Below, in pieces: positions 30,175 to 40,075 of a stretch of DNA of 64,000 nucleotides. The stretch lies in contig DATHVN010000157.1 in NCBI GenBank assembly GCA_035461305.1, positions 2,271-66,270 of the forward strand, in the 5' to 3' direction. The translations under genes and the position numbers were made by a program. The notes under the pieces are model-generated. The model had not been told where the DNA came from. It worked only from the letters and a program-made list of their open reading frames with translations, and did no database searches. Position 1 is the first letter of the stretch; every line of letters begins with the position of its first letter. The DNA comes from Euzebyales bacterium (GTDB lineage Bacteria; Actinomycetota; Nitriliruptoria; Euzebyales; JAHELV01).

Positions 30175-31194
30175 ATGCCTGAGACCATCGCGGGCAGATA
30201 CGCGTTGTTGACCAACATCGGCGCTGGCGGCAGTGCCGATGTCTGGCAGGCACGGGACACCGTGCTGCAGCGCGACGTGGCCATCAAGCGCTTCGCGCCG
30301 GGCCACTCGATGGACGCGGCCATGACCCGCGAGCTGGGCGCCCTGTCGAGCCTGGACCACCCGGGGATCGTGCGCCTGTACGACGCCGGAGTCGAGGACG
30401 AGCGCCCCTACCTGGTCGTCGAGCTGGTCGACGGCCCTACCCTGCGTGAGCGCCTGGGGTACGGACCGCTAACGCTCGAGCAGGCACGCATCCTCGGGCG
30501 CGACGTCGCCGAGGCGCTCGCCCATGCCCACGAGCACAACCTGGTGCATCAGGACGTCACACCGACCAACATCCTGCTCGACCTCGACGAGGGGCGCGCC
30601 CGGCTGACGGACTTCGGCATCTGCACCCCGCCACGACAGGACACCGACCGGAACGGCTGCCTGGGGACGACGTCGGGGTACACGGCGGTCGAACAGCTGT
30701 TGGGCGGGCCGATCTGCCCGGCAGCCGACGTGCACGCACTCGGGCTCGTGCTGCTCGAGGCCCTGACGGGCCACAAGGAGTTCGACGGCTCTCCGCTGGC
30801 CGCGGCTGTCGCCCGCGTGCGCCGCCAGCCGACGATCCCGCAGGACCTCCCCTCACCCTGGCCACAGCTGCTGTCGGCCATGACCGCCAGGGACCCGGCC
30901 AAGCGCCCGAGCGCCGCCACCGTGGCCGCCTACCTCGACGCGTACCAGGCGATGGACCTGCCGCCGCTGGAGCAGGCACCCACAGCACAGCAGGTCGCGT
31001 CCGACGTCCGCGAGCTGACGGTCGCGGGTTTCGTCCGCCGCCATCCGAAGGTCGCGGTCACCACGGCGGCCGTGATCACCGGCTTCATGCTCTCCTGGCC
31101 GCTCGAGGCCGTGTCGGATTCGCCCCAGGCCGAGATCACGCCCGGTGTCATGGCATCGGAGATCCCAGCCGACGAGGCGAACCTGTCGAACTAG
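30175..31194 (+). CDS. Ser/Thr protein kinase with a non-canonical catalytic loop and a C-terminal TM anchor
   Basis: IGAGGSADVW, VAIKRF and TDFG are present. The catalytic loop reads HQDVTPTN instead of HRDxKxxN. TM segment VAVTTAAVITGFMLSWPL. Confidence 0.85.
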   Translation: MPETIAGRYALLTNIGAGGSADVWQARDTVLQRDVAIKRFAPGHSMDAAMTRELGALSSLDHPGIVRLYDAGVEDERPYLVVELVDGPTLRERLGYGPLTLEQARILGRDVAEALAHAHEHNLVHQDVTPTNILLDLDEGRARLTDFGICTPPRQDTDRNGCLGTTSGYTAVEQLLGGPICPAADVHALGLVLLEALTGHKEFDGSPLAAAVARVRRQPTIPQDLPSPWPQLLSAMTARDPAKRPSAATVAAYLDAYQAMDLPPLEQAPTAQQVASDVRELTVAGFVRRHPKVAVTTAAVITGFMLSWPLEAVSDSPQAEITPGVMASEIPADEANLSN

Positions 31195-31490
31195 CCGCGC
31201 GGCGCTGGCCGCACATCTCGACGCCGTGCGGTCGCGCATGGCCGACCTGGAGCGGTTCACGCTGGTGCTCGAGGCGGCCCTGGAGCTGCGAGAGCCGACG
31301 GCGGTGCATCTGGCCCCGCTGCAGGCGCTCGCCCGCCTGTCGTCCGGCGCGGCCTCGGGCGACCATCCCGCCGCCACAGGGCCACCGGGCGCTTTCGCAC
31401 GTTCGGGCCTGCCCGAGCTGGCTGAGCACCCGACCTTCGACCAACTCGACGGGTTGCTGCAGCTCGCTGCACTGGGCGAGGGTTGGGCGA

Positions 31491-33419
31491 TCACCGGTCG
31501 GCGTCGGCCAGCACACGCCCGGACGGGAGCACAATGCCGTCGGCACAGCGCGCCTCGACCTCGCCGCCGCCGAACTGCTCCTCGTACAGCTGCGCGTAGC
31601 GGCCGCCCCGGGCGAGCAGCTCGACGTGGGTGCCCTGCTCGACGAGCAGGCCGTCGACCAGCACGAAGATGACGTCGGCGGCCAGGATCGTCGACAGGCG
31701 GTGGGCGATGGCCAACGTCGTCCGCTCGGCCATCAGCGGCTCGAGCGCCTGCTGGACGAGCCGCTCGCTCGTCGTATCGAGCGCCGATGTCGCCTCGTCC
31801 AGGATCAGGATCCGGGGGTCGGCCAGGATCACCCGTGCGATCGACAGGCGCTGCTTCTCGCCGCCCGACATCCGGTAGCCACGCTCACCGACGACCGTGT
31901 CGTAGCCGTCCTCGAACCGCATGATCGTGTCGTGGATGTTGGCGGCCCGCGCCGCGGCGACCAGCTCGTCGTCGGATGCGTCGGGGCTCGCGTAGCGCAG
32001 GTTCTCGCGCACCGACGCGTGGAACAGGTAGGTGTCCTGGGTGACCATGCCGATCAACCCCGCCAGCGACGACAGCGTGACGTCGCGCACGTCGATGCCG
32101 TCGATCAGCAGGCGTCCACGCGTCACGTCGTACAGCCGCGGCAGCAGGTACGAGGTGGTCGTCTTGCCCGAGCCGGACGGTCCGACCAGCGCCGCGAGCT
32201 GCCCGGGACGGATGCGTAGGTTGAGGTCCCGCAGCACCCACCGCTGCCCGTCGGAACCGTCGGGCGCCGCGATCATCTCCGACACACCGTCACCGGTCAC
32301 CCGCGGTGGCGGGTAGCGGAACCACACCCTCTCCAGGCGGACGTCGCCACGGACCTGCTCGATGTCGAGGTCCCGTGCCGTCTCGCGGTCGACGATCTGC
32401 GGCTCGAGGTCGAGGTACTCGAAGATCCTGGCGAACAGGGCGAACGACGTCTGCACCTCGACCGAGACCTGCAGCAGGCGGATCAGCGGGAACAGCACGC
32501 GGCTCTGCAGGGTCGTGAAGGCGACCACCGTGCCGGGCGTCAGCGTCCCCGCGGTCCCCGACAGCGCGACCCCGGCCAGCACCAGCCCCGTGACCAGGTA
32601 GATGATCGCGGGCAGCAGCTGGAAGAACGACCTGACGACCGCGAAGAACCACTGGCCGGTCATCGTCTGGGTGACCTGCAGCTGTGCCTGCCTGGCGTTC
32701 TCCGCGCGGTAGCGGGAGATCTCTGTGGCCTGGCGGTTGAAGATCTTCGCCAGCAGCATCCCCGAGACCGACAGCGACTCCTCGGTGATCGTCGTCATCT
32801 CGGCCAGGGACGACTGGGTGTCCGACGCGACCGCTCTGCGCGTGCGTCCGACCCGCAGCTGGAGGAAGACGAACAGCGGCAGCAGGACCAGCGACACGAG
32901 CGTCAGCTGCCACGACAGCAGGAACATCGCCACGAGCGCGCCGACCACGACCACGACGTTGGACAGGATGGTCGACGCGGTGTCGGTGACGACGGTCTGC
33001 ACCCCGCCGACGTCGTTGCCGAGCCGCGACTGGATCTGGCCGGTGCGTGTGGCGGTGAAGAACGCGAGGTCCATCCGCTGCAGGTGCGCGAACAGGTCGT
33101 CGCGCAGGTCCTGCATCACCCGGTTGCCCAACCGGTTGGCGATCAACGTCTGCCAGACGCCGAGGGCGGCCGACGTCAACGTGACGGTCGCCATCGTCCC
33201 GACCAGCAGGAGGAGGAGACGCAGGTGGGGTCCGCCCTCGACGAACAACGCGTCGTCGAACACCAGCTTGGTCAACCAGGGGTTGACCAGCTCCATGCCA
33301 CCGGTGACGACGATGAGCGCGGCAACCAGGGCCACCTGACCGCGGTAGGGCGAGAAGAGCCTGGCCACGCGCCGCACGGTGGCCCGCCGGTCGATCCCTG
33401 CGTCACGCTCGTCGGCCAC
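31491..33419 (-). CDS. ABC exporter, fused permease and ATPase (MsbA-like)
   Basis: Six-TM N-terminal domain. Walker A GPSGSGKTT, signature MSGGEKQR and Walker B ILILDEATS. Confidence 0.9.
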   Translation of the reverse strand: MADERDAGIDRRATVRRVARLFSPYRGQVALVAALIVVTGGMELVNPWLTKLVFDDALFVEGGPHLRLLLLLVGTMATVTLTSAALGVWQTLIANRLGNRVMQDLRDDLFAHLQRMDLAFFTATRTGQIQSRLGNDVGGVQTVVTDTASTILSNVVVVVGALVAMFLLSWQLTLVSLVLLPLFVFLQLRVGRTRRAVASDTQSSLAEMTTITEESLSVSGMLLAKIFNRQATEISRYRAENARQAQLQVTQTMTGQWFFAVVRSFFQLLPAIIYLVTGLVLAGVALSGTAGTLTPGTVVAFTTLQSRVLFPLIRLLQVSVEVQTSFALFARIFEYLDLEPQIVDRETARDLDIEQVRGDVRLERVWFRYPPPRVTGDGVSEMIAAPDGSDGQRWVLRDLNLRIRPGQLAALVGPSGSGKTTTSYLLPRLYDVTRGRLLIDGIDVRDVTLSSLAGLIGMVTQDTYLFHASVRENLRYASPDASDDELVAAARAANIHDTIMRFEDGYDTVVGERGYRMSGGEKQRLSIARVILADPRILILDEATSALDTTSERLVQQALEPLMAERTTLAIAHRLSTILAADVIFVLVDGLLVEQGTHVELLARGGRYAQLYEEQFGGGEVEARCADGIVLPSGRVLADADR

Positions 33420-33585
33420 GAGGCAAGCCTACGGTCGTTCTCCGGCCGCGGCGCAGACCGGTCACGAGCGCACCAGCGGACATCGCGGTCGGGCGCGCGG
33501 GGGCGGCGGCGCGACCGCTGACCGATCGGTCGCGTGGGCCGATGTAGCAGAGCTTGAACAATCGAGCGCCTGCTGCCACACTCGT

Positions 33586-34296
33586 ATGGCGTCGGCCGGT
33601 GCGCGCCGGTCCGACGAAGAGCACGAAGCCCGGGGGTTGGGTGTGTCGACACATGCACTGCAGCGACCGCGGCTGCGGGGGTGGCTCCATGCCGTCGCCG
33701 TGCCGGTCGCTTTGACGGGTGCCGTGGTGCTGTGGCGCTCGGCGACCCACCTCGACACCTCCGGTCGCATGACGGTCATGATCTTCGCTGCCAGCCTCGT
33801 GGGCCTGTACTCGGTGAGCTCGCTGTACCACGTGCCGTCGTGGAGCGCCCGCGCGCGCAGGATCCTGTCCCGCTGCGACGGCGCGATGATCCAGATCATG
33901 ATCGCCGGGACGTTCACGCCGATCGCGTTCCACACGCTCAGTGGCGCCTGGCGCACCGGCAGCCTGATCGCGGCGTGGCTGGTCGCGCTGATCGGTGCGG
34001 CGTTCGCGCTGTCACCGCTGGAGGCTCCCCGCTGGCTGGGCACCCTCGGCGCGGTGGCCGCCGGTTGGCTGCTAGTGGTACCGATGATCAGGATCATGTC
34101 GGTGCTGCCATGGCAGGGCAACGGGCTGATCGTGCTCGGCGGGGTGCTCTACACCGTCGGGGCGGTCGTGTACGCCCGGCGCAGCCCCGACCCGATCCCG
34201 GGCTGGTTCGGCTTCCACGAGGTCTTCCACGTGTTCGTCGTCGCCGCCTCGACCGCCCACTACCTGGCCATCTGGCGCTACGTGCTGCTCGGCTGA
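33586..34296 (+). CDS. Hemolysin III / PAQR-family membrane protein
   Basis: Internal ATG 33586. LRGWLH, SSLYH, DGAMI and HEVFHVFV are conserved His and Asp motifs. Confidence 0.85.
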   Translation: MASAGARRSDEEHEARGLGVSTHALQRPRLRGWLHAVAVPVALTGAVVLWRSATHLDTSGRMTVMIFAASLVGLYSVSSLYHVPSWSARARRILSRCDGAMIQIMIAGTFTPIAFHTLSGAWRTGSLIAAWLVALIGAAFALSPLEAPRWLGTLGAVAAGWLLVVPMIRIMSVLPWQGNGLIVLGGVLYTVGAVVYARRSPDPIPGWFGFHEVFHVFVVAASTAHYLAIWRYVLLG

Positions 34297-34955
34297 TCCT
34301 TCCCGGCACCCACCGCGGGGGCGACCGTGGGGTCGTGCCGTCGGATCCACTCGTACATCGCGATCCCCGACGCCACGCCGGCGTTGATCGAGCGTGTCGA
34401 GCCGTACTGCGGGATCGACAGCACCGAGGCGACCGCGCGCCGCGCAGCCGCCGACAACCCCGGCCCCTCCTGACCGAAGAGCAGCACGCACGCGGCCGGC
34501 AGCGGTGCCGTCCGCAGGTCCGCGGCACCCGGCAGGTTGTCGACGCCGACGAGCGGCAGGTTCCGTTCGCCCGCCCAGTCGACGAGCGCGTCGATGTCAG
34601 CGTGATGCACGACGTGCTGGTAGCGCTCGGTCACCATGGCGCCGCGACGGTTCCACCGACGACGACCGACGATGTGGACGGCCGCGGCGAGGAACGCGTT
34701 GGCATTGCGCACCACGGCGCCGATGTTGCGGTCCTGCGTCCAGTTCTCGATCGCGACGTGGAACGGGTGGCGGCGGCGGTCGAGGTCGTCGACGATCGCC
34801 GAGGTCCGCCAGTAGCGGTACGCATCGACCACGTTGCGGCGGTCACCCTCGGCGAGCAGTTCTGGATCCAGGCGGGGATCGTCGGGCCACGGCCGCGGGT
34901 GCGGCCGGACGCCGACGCGGTCGTCGTCAGGAGGCACGCCGTCCTGATCACCCAT
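34278..34955 (-). CDS. TrmH/SpoU-family RNA 2'-O-methyltransferase
   Basis: DRNIGAVVRNANAF, LLFGQEGPGLS and IPQYGSTRSINAGVASGIAMYEW. Confidence 0.8.
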   Translation of the reverse strand: MGDQDGVPPDDDRVGVRPHPRPWPDDPRLDPELLAEGDRRNVVDAYRYWRTSAIVDDLDRRRHPFHVAIENWTQDRNIGAVVRNANAFLAAAVHIVGRRRWNRRGAMVTERYQHVVHHADIDALVDWAGERNLPLVGVDNLPGAADLRTAPLPAACVLLFGQEGPGLSAAARRAVASVLSIPQYGSTRSINAGVASGIAMYEWIRRHDPTVAPAVGAGKDQPSST

Positions 34956-35069
34956 CGGGGCATCGTAGTAGTAACGCTGGGACCATTAATTCAACCTCTG
35001 TTGACTTAGTCACGTGGCTCGCGAGCTCGCTACGCTCCAACGGCCCAGGGAGCCTACTGGCCCAAGTTC

Positions 35070-36088
35070 TTGGGGGCCGACATGGACACGATCCGGAACA
35101 CATGCTGCGTCGCCGGCTGCGGGCCGGCAGGCGCCGTGCTCGGCCTGCTGCTCGCCCGCGCGGGCGTGAACGTCGTCGTGCTCGAGAAGCACGCCGACTT
35201 CCGCCGGATCCCCGACGGCCACACGCTCGGCTTCCTACCACGGTGGGACTTCCTGGACTTCGTCACGCGCCACGCCGAGCGCCTCCCGACGTTCACGCTC
35301 CGCCGGCGCACCGAGGTCACCGGCCTCCTCGGCGACGGTCGCCGGGTCACCGGTGTCCGCGCGCGCACGGCCGACGGCGGGGACGTGGAGGTCGTGGCCG
35401 ACCTGGTGGTCGCGTGTGACGGCCGCGACTCGGTGGCGACGCGTCAGGCCTGCCGCTCGTCGCCCGCGGCGCACCGATCGACGTGCTGTGGTTCCGCCTG
35501 CCACGCGCCGACGGCGATCCTGACAATGCGTTCGGCCGGCTGTCCCGCGGTCAGCTGCGGGTGATGATCGACCGCGGCATGCACTGGCAGGTCGGGTATG
35601 TGATCCCCAAGGACGGCTACGAGGAGGTGCGGACTGGCGGACTGCCGCGGTTCCGCGCGCGCATCGCCGACCTCGCGCCCTTCGTGCGCGGACGTGTTGA
35701 TGCGATCGACGACTGGGACGACATCGCGCTGCTGCGCGTGCAGCTCAACCGCCTGCGCCGGTGGTGGCGGCCGGGCCTGCTGTGCATCGGCGACGCCGCG
35801 CACGCGATGTCGCCGGTCGGTGGCGTCGGCATCAACCTCGCCGTACAGGACGCCGTCGCCGCGGCACGCATCACCGCGGACCCGCTCCGACGGGGCGCGC
35901 TGTCACCCGCGCACCTGGCCCGGGTGCAGCTGCGGCGGGCGCTGCCAACCGTCCTGACCCAGCTGGGACAGCAGATCGTCCACGATCGGGTGCTCGGCCC
36001 ACTGGTCCGCGGCCGCAGTGGCCCCGGCACGCCAGCGCTGATACGCCTCCTGGACCGGTACCCGGCGCTGCGCGCTGTGCCGGCGTAG
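35070..36088 (+). pseudogene. FAD-dependent monooxygenase with a frameshift and a probable internal deletion
   Basis: GxGxxG (CVAGCGPAGAVLGLLLA) lies in ORF 35070..35564. The rest (GAPIDVLWFRLPR...LLCIGDAAHAMSPVGGVGINLAVQDA) lies in ORF 35483..36088, in another frame. The break is near 35450. Confidence 0.65.
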
Positions 36089-36299
36089 GTCATCGGGCGA
36101 GGCGTCCTACCAGAGCACGCACCGGCAGCGCACACGTGACGCGCGCCGCGCACGACACGGCCGACGGGTGCCGCCTACGCGGTGCCGGATACCATCGAAG
36201 GTGGCCTGCAGGCATGCGCGCGCACCCATCGTGGTCGAACGCGCCGCGATCGGGAACACTCCGCGCAGGTCGTCAGCACGCACATCGGTGGAGCGCCCA

Positions 36300-39200
36300 A
36301 TGGCGGACAGGCAGCAGTTCGGAGCCAACCTCTGGCTCGTCGACGAGATGTACCAGCAGTACCTGGCGCGACCCGAGTCGGTGAGCGCGACGTGGCAGGA
36401 GTTCTTCAGCGACTACCGCCCCGCCTGGGACACCACGACCGGACGGCGGACGGCCGACACGGCGCGATCGACCAACGGTGACAGGGCTGCACCGGACGGA
36501 CGGCCGGAGACCGACGACGCGCAGGCCGACCGCGCCCGTCCGCACGCGACGACGGACGGCGACGAATCCCACGAGGACGGGGTCCCTGAGGACGCCAGCC
36601 CGCTGCGTGGCGTCGCCGCCACGATCGCCGACAACATGGGCGAGAGCCTGTCGGTGCCGACCGCGACCTCGATCCGGGTCGTGCCCGCCAAGCTGCTCGA
36701 GGTCAACCGCAAGATCATCAACAACCAGCTGCGCCGCACACGGGGTGGCAAGGTCAGCTTCACCCACCTGATCGGCTGGGCGATGGTCCAGGCGTTGCAG
36801 CACATGCCGGTCATGGCCTCCAGCTACCACGAGGACGCCGACGGCACGGGCTATGTGCGGCGCCCCGACGCGATCAACCTGGGCCTGGCGATGGACGTCG
36901 AGCGCAAGGACGGCTCGCGGACCCTGCTCGTGCCCAACGTCAAGGACGTGGGCACGCTCGACTTCGGCGGGTTCTTCCGCGGCTACGAGGAAGTCGTGCG
37001 CAAGGTCCGCCGCAACGAGCTGTCGATGGACCTGTTCGCCGACACGACGGCCACCCTGACCAACCCAGGGACGGTCGGCACGGTCGGCAGCGTCCCCCGG
37101 CTGATGCGCGGCCAGAGCATGATCCTGGGCGTGGGCGCCATCGGCTATCCCAGCGAGTACAAGGCCACGGACCCACGGACACTGGCCGAGCTGGGGGTCG
37201 GCAAGGTCATCACCATCACCTCGACCTACGACCACCGCGTCATCCAGGGCGCTGAGTCCGGCTTGTTCCTGTCCTACATCGAGCAGCTGCTGCTCGGCGA
37301 GCACAAGTTCTACGACGGGATCTTCACGAGCCTGAAGATCCCGTACGAGCCGGCGCGGTGGCGAACCGACGACAACCCGCGTGTGGCCGACCGCGGCTAC
37401 GACAACCTCGCCGCCAAGCAGATCGCGGTCCAGCAGCTGATCAACATGTACCGGGTGCGCGGGCACCTGATCGCCAACCTCAACCCGCTGATGCACACGT
37501 TCCAGCGCCTTCACCCCGAGCTGGACATCCTGACGTACGGCCTGACGATCTGGGACCTGGACCGCGAGTTCCTGACCGGGCTGCACACCGGCGAGCCGCT
37601 CATGGGCCTGGGCGACCTGCTGGGGCTACTGCGCGACGCCTACTGCCGCACCACCGGCATCGAGTACATGCACATCCAGGAGCCGGACCAGAAGACCTGG
37701 ATCCAGGAGCGCGTCGAGGGCGTGAGCACCGAGCTCGACGTGGCCGAACAGCGTCACATCCTGAGCCGTCTCAACGCGGCCGAAGCGTTCGAGAAGTTTC
37801 TGCAAACCAAGTTTCTGGGTCAGAAGCGCTTCTCGCTGGAGGGCGCGGAGTCGGTCATCCCGATGCTCGACGCGTTGCTGTCCGCCGCAGCCGACGCGGG
37901 CATCGGCGACGCGGTCATGGGCATGGCCCACCGCGGCCGCCTCAACGTGCTCGCCAACATCCTGGGCAAGAGCTACGAGAAGATCTTCACCGAGTTCGAG
38001 GGCCACATCGACCCAGACAGCGTGCAGGGCTCGGGCGACGTCAAGTACCACATGGGCACCCGTGGACGCCACAGGTCACCGAACGGCAGCGAGATCGACG
38101 TGTTCCTTTCAGGCAACCCGAGCCACCTCGAGGCGGTGGACCCGGTGGTCGTGGGGATGGTGCGGGCCAACCTCGACCAGCTCGAGCGGCGCGACGACCG
38201 GTACCCGGTGCTGCCGGTGCTGATCCACGGCGATGCGGCCTTCGCGGGGCAGGGCGTCGTCTCCGAGACGATGTCGATGAGCCAGCTCCGTGGGTACCGC
38301 GTCGGCGGCACCGTCCACATCATCGTCAACAACCAGCTGGGCTTCACGACGGCCCCGCACCAGAGCCGTTCAAGCCAGTACGCGACCGACGTCGCCAAGA
38401 CCGTCCAGGCACCGATCTTCCACGTCAACGGCGACGACCCGGAGGCGTGCGTGCGGGTCATCCGTCTGGCGTTGGACTTCCGGCAGGCGTACGGCAAGGA
38501 CGTCGTCGTCGACATGGTCTGCTACCGCCGGCACGGCCACAACGAGGGCGACGAGCCCGGCTACACCCAGCCGATCATGTACGCGGCCATCGAGAACCGT
38601 CGCAGCGTGCGCAAGCTGTACACCGAGGAGCTGGTGACCAGGGGCGACCTGACGCTCGACGAGGCCGAGGAGGCGCTCGTCGACTTCCGGGCCCAGCTCG
38701 ACACCGCGCTCGAGGAGACGCGGGAGTCGGCGCCGCCGCTGCGTGAGGTCTCACTGGAGGCCGAGGTCGACGGCGTCCTTCCGCACATCGACACCGGCGT
38801 CAGCCGGGAACGGCTCGAACAGATCGTGGGCGCGATCACATCGTGGCCGGACGGCTTCACCGTGCACCCCAAGCTGGGCAGGCAGCTCGAGAAGCGCCGG
38901 GACCGGCTGGACCGCGACGCCGTCGACTGGGCGATGGCCGAGGCACTGGCCTTCGGCTCGCTGCTGCTGGAGGGCACGCCGGTCCGCATGGCGGGCCAGG
39001 ACTCGCGACGTGGAACGTTCAGCCAGCGCCACGCGGTCCTCATCGACCACGAGACCGGTGCCGAGCACGTGCCGCTGGCCAACCTGTCCGACGACCAGGC
39101 CATGTTCAAGATCTACGACTCGCCGCTCAACGAGTTCGCCGCCCTCGGCTTCGAGTACGGCTACTCGGCCGCGCGCAAGGACGCGCTGGTCGTCTGGGAG

Positions 39201-39947
39201 GCGCAGTTCGGCGACTTCGTCAACGGCGCGCAGGTCATCATCGACCAGTTCGTCACCGCCGCGCAGGACAAGTGGGGACAGGCCAGCGGCCTCGTCATGC
39301 TGCTTCCCCATGGGTACGAGGGTCAGGGGCCCGAGCACTCCTCTGCGCGGATCGAGCGGTTCCTGCTGAGCGCGGCCGAGGACAACATCCAGGTCACCCA
39401 GCCCAGCACCGCCGCGCAGTTCTTCCACCTGCTGCGCCGGCAGATGCACAGAGACGTCCGCCGCCCGCTGATCGTCTTCACGCCCAAGGGCATGCTGCGG
39501 GCCAAGCCCGCCACCAGTCCCACCAAGGACTTCCTCGAGGGCAGCTTCCAGGAGGTCCTCGACGACGCCGACGCGCCCGAGAACGTCCGCCGCGTGGTGC
39601 TCTGCTCGGGCAAGCTCGCCCACCAGCTGCGTGCCAAACGCGCCTCGATGCAGGCACCGGCCGCCGTTGTGCGCGTCGAGCAGCTGTACCCCTGGCCGGG
39701 CGAGCAGCTCGGCGAGGTGCTGGCGCGCTACGAGGACGCCACCGAGGTCCTGTGGGTCCAGGACGAGCCCGAGAACATGGGGCCGTGGCCGTTCGTCCAC
39801 GCGCGCCTGCACCGCCTGCTCGGCAGCGAGCGCACGTTGCGCCACCGCAGCCGCGCCGAGAGCGCGAGCCCCGCGGCCGGCAGCTCACAGATCCACAAGC
39901 AGGAGGAGGAGCTGCTGCTCGACGCCGCGTTCGCCGAGCTCGACTAG
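36300..39947 (+). CDS. kgd: Multifunctional 2-oxoglutarate decarboxylase/dehydrogenase (E1 with N-terminal E2-like acyltransferase domain)
   Basis: Start MADRQQFGANLWLVDEMYQQY (GGTGGAG RBS). Acyltransferase core TSTYDHRVIQGAESG. E1 ThDP region GDAAFAGQGVV... Confidence 0.95.
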   Translation: MADRQQFGANLWLVDEMYQQYLARPESVSATWQEFFSDYRPAWDTTTGRRTADTARSTNGDRAAPDGRPETDDAQADRARPHATTDGDESHEDGVPEDASPLRGVAATIADNMGESLSVPTATSIRVVPAKLLEVNRKIINNQLRRTRGGKVSFTHLIGWAMVQALQHMPVMASSYHEDADGTGYVRRPDAINLGLAMDVERKDGSRTLLVPNVKDVGTLDFGGFFRGYEEVVRKVRRNELSMDLFADTTATLTNPGTVGTVGSVPRLMRGQSMILGVGAIGYPSEYKATDPRTLAELGVGKVITITSTYDHRVIQGAESGLFLSYIEQLLLGEHKFYDGIFTSLKIPYEPARWRTDDNPRVADRGYDNLAAKQIAVQQLINMYRVRGHLIANLNPLMHTFQRLHPELDILTYGLTIWDLDREFLTGLHTGEPLMGLGDLLGLLRDAYCRTTGIEYMHIQEPDQKTWIQERVEGVSTELDVAEQRHILSRLNAAEAFEKFLQTKFLGQKRFSLEGAESVIPMLDALLSAAADAGIGDAVMGMAHRGRLNVLANILGKSYEKIFTEFEGHIDPDSVQGSGDVKYHMGTRGRHRSPNGSEIDVFLSGNPSHLEAVDPVVVGMVRANLDQLERRDDRYPVLPVLIHGDAAFAGQGVVSETMSMSQLRGYRVGGTVHIIVNNQLGFTTAPHQSRSSQYATDVAKTVQAPIFHVNGDDPEACVRVIRLALDFRQAYGKDVVVDMVCYRRHGHNEGDEPGYTQPIMYAAIENRRSVRKLYTEELVTRGDLTLDEAEEALVDFRAQLDTALEETRESAPPLREVSLEAEVDGVLPHIDTGVSRERLEQIVGAITSWPDGFTVHPKLGRQLEKRRDRLDRDAVDWAMAEALAFGSLLLEGTPVRMAGQDSRRGTFSQRHAVLIDHETGAEHVPLANLSDDQAMFKIYDSPLNEFAALGFEYGYSAARKDALVVWEAQFGDFVNGAQVIIDQFVTAAQDKWGQASGLVMLLPHGYEGQGPEHSSARIERFLLSAAEDNIQVTQPSTAAQFFHLLRRQMHRDVRRPLIVFTPKGMLRAKPATSPTKDFLEGSFQEVLDDADAPENVRRVVLCSGKLAHQLRAKRASMQAPAAVVRVEQLYPWPGEQLGEVLARYEDATEVLWVQDEPENMGPWPFVHARLHRLLGSERTLRHRSRAESASPAAGSSQIHKQEEELLLDAAFAELD

Positions 39948-40075
39948 CGGATCTTCGGGCTGTCGTCCTCGCACGCGGGGCGTGTGCCTGGACCCTTCGA
40001 CCGACCCACCACGCGCGAGGACCGACCCCATCACCGACGGGTTCCGACAGGGGCGGCGCCGAGCACCGGGGGAGG

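Noticed and set aside
28312-30360. A 682-aa minus-strand ORF antisense to the M20 amidohydrolase. The same applies to 42138..44234 (698 aa) and 59824..61383 (519 aa).
   Set aside because: These are antisense shadows of well-supported genes (M20 peptidase, M18 aminopeptidase with the AI-2E transporter, and aldehyde dehydrogenase). Their composition is dominated by R, G, D and A, with no recognisable domains.
31195-31490. Possible MerR-like C-terminal remnant (AALAAHLDAVRSRMADLERFTLVLEAALEL) in the gap after the kinase.
   Set aside because: There is only a short coiled-coil-like stretch, with no HTH and no credible start or stop. The containing ORF runs 180 bp into the convergent ABC exporter.
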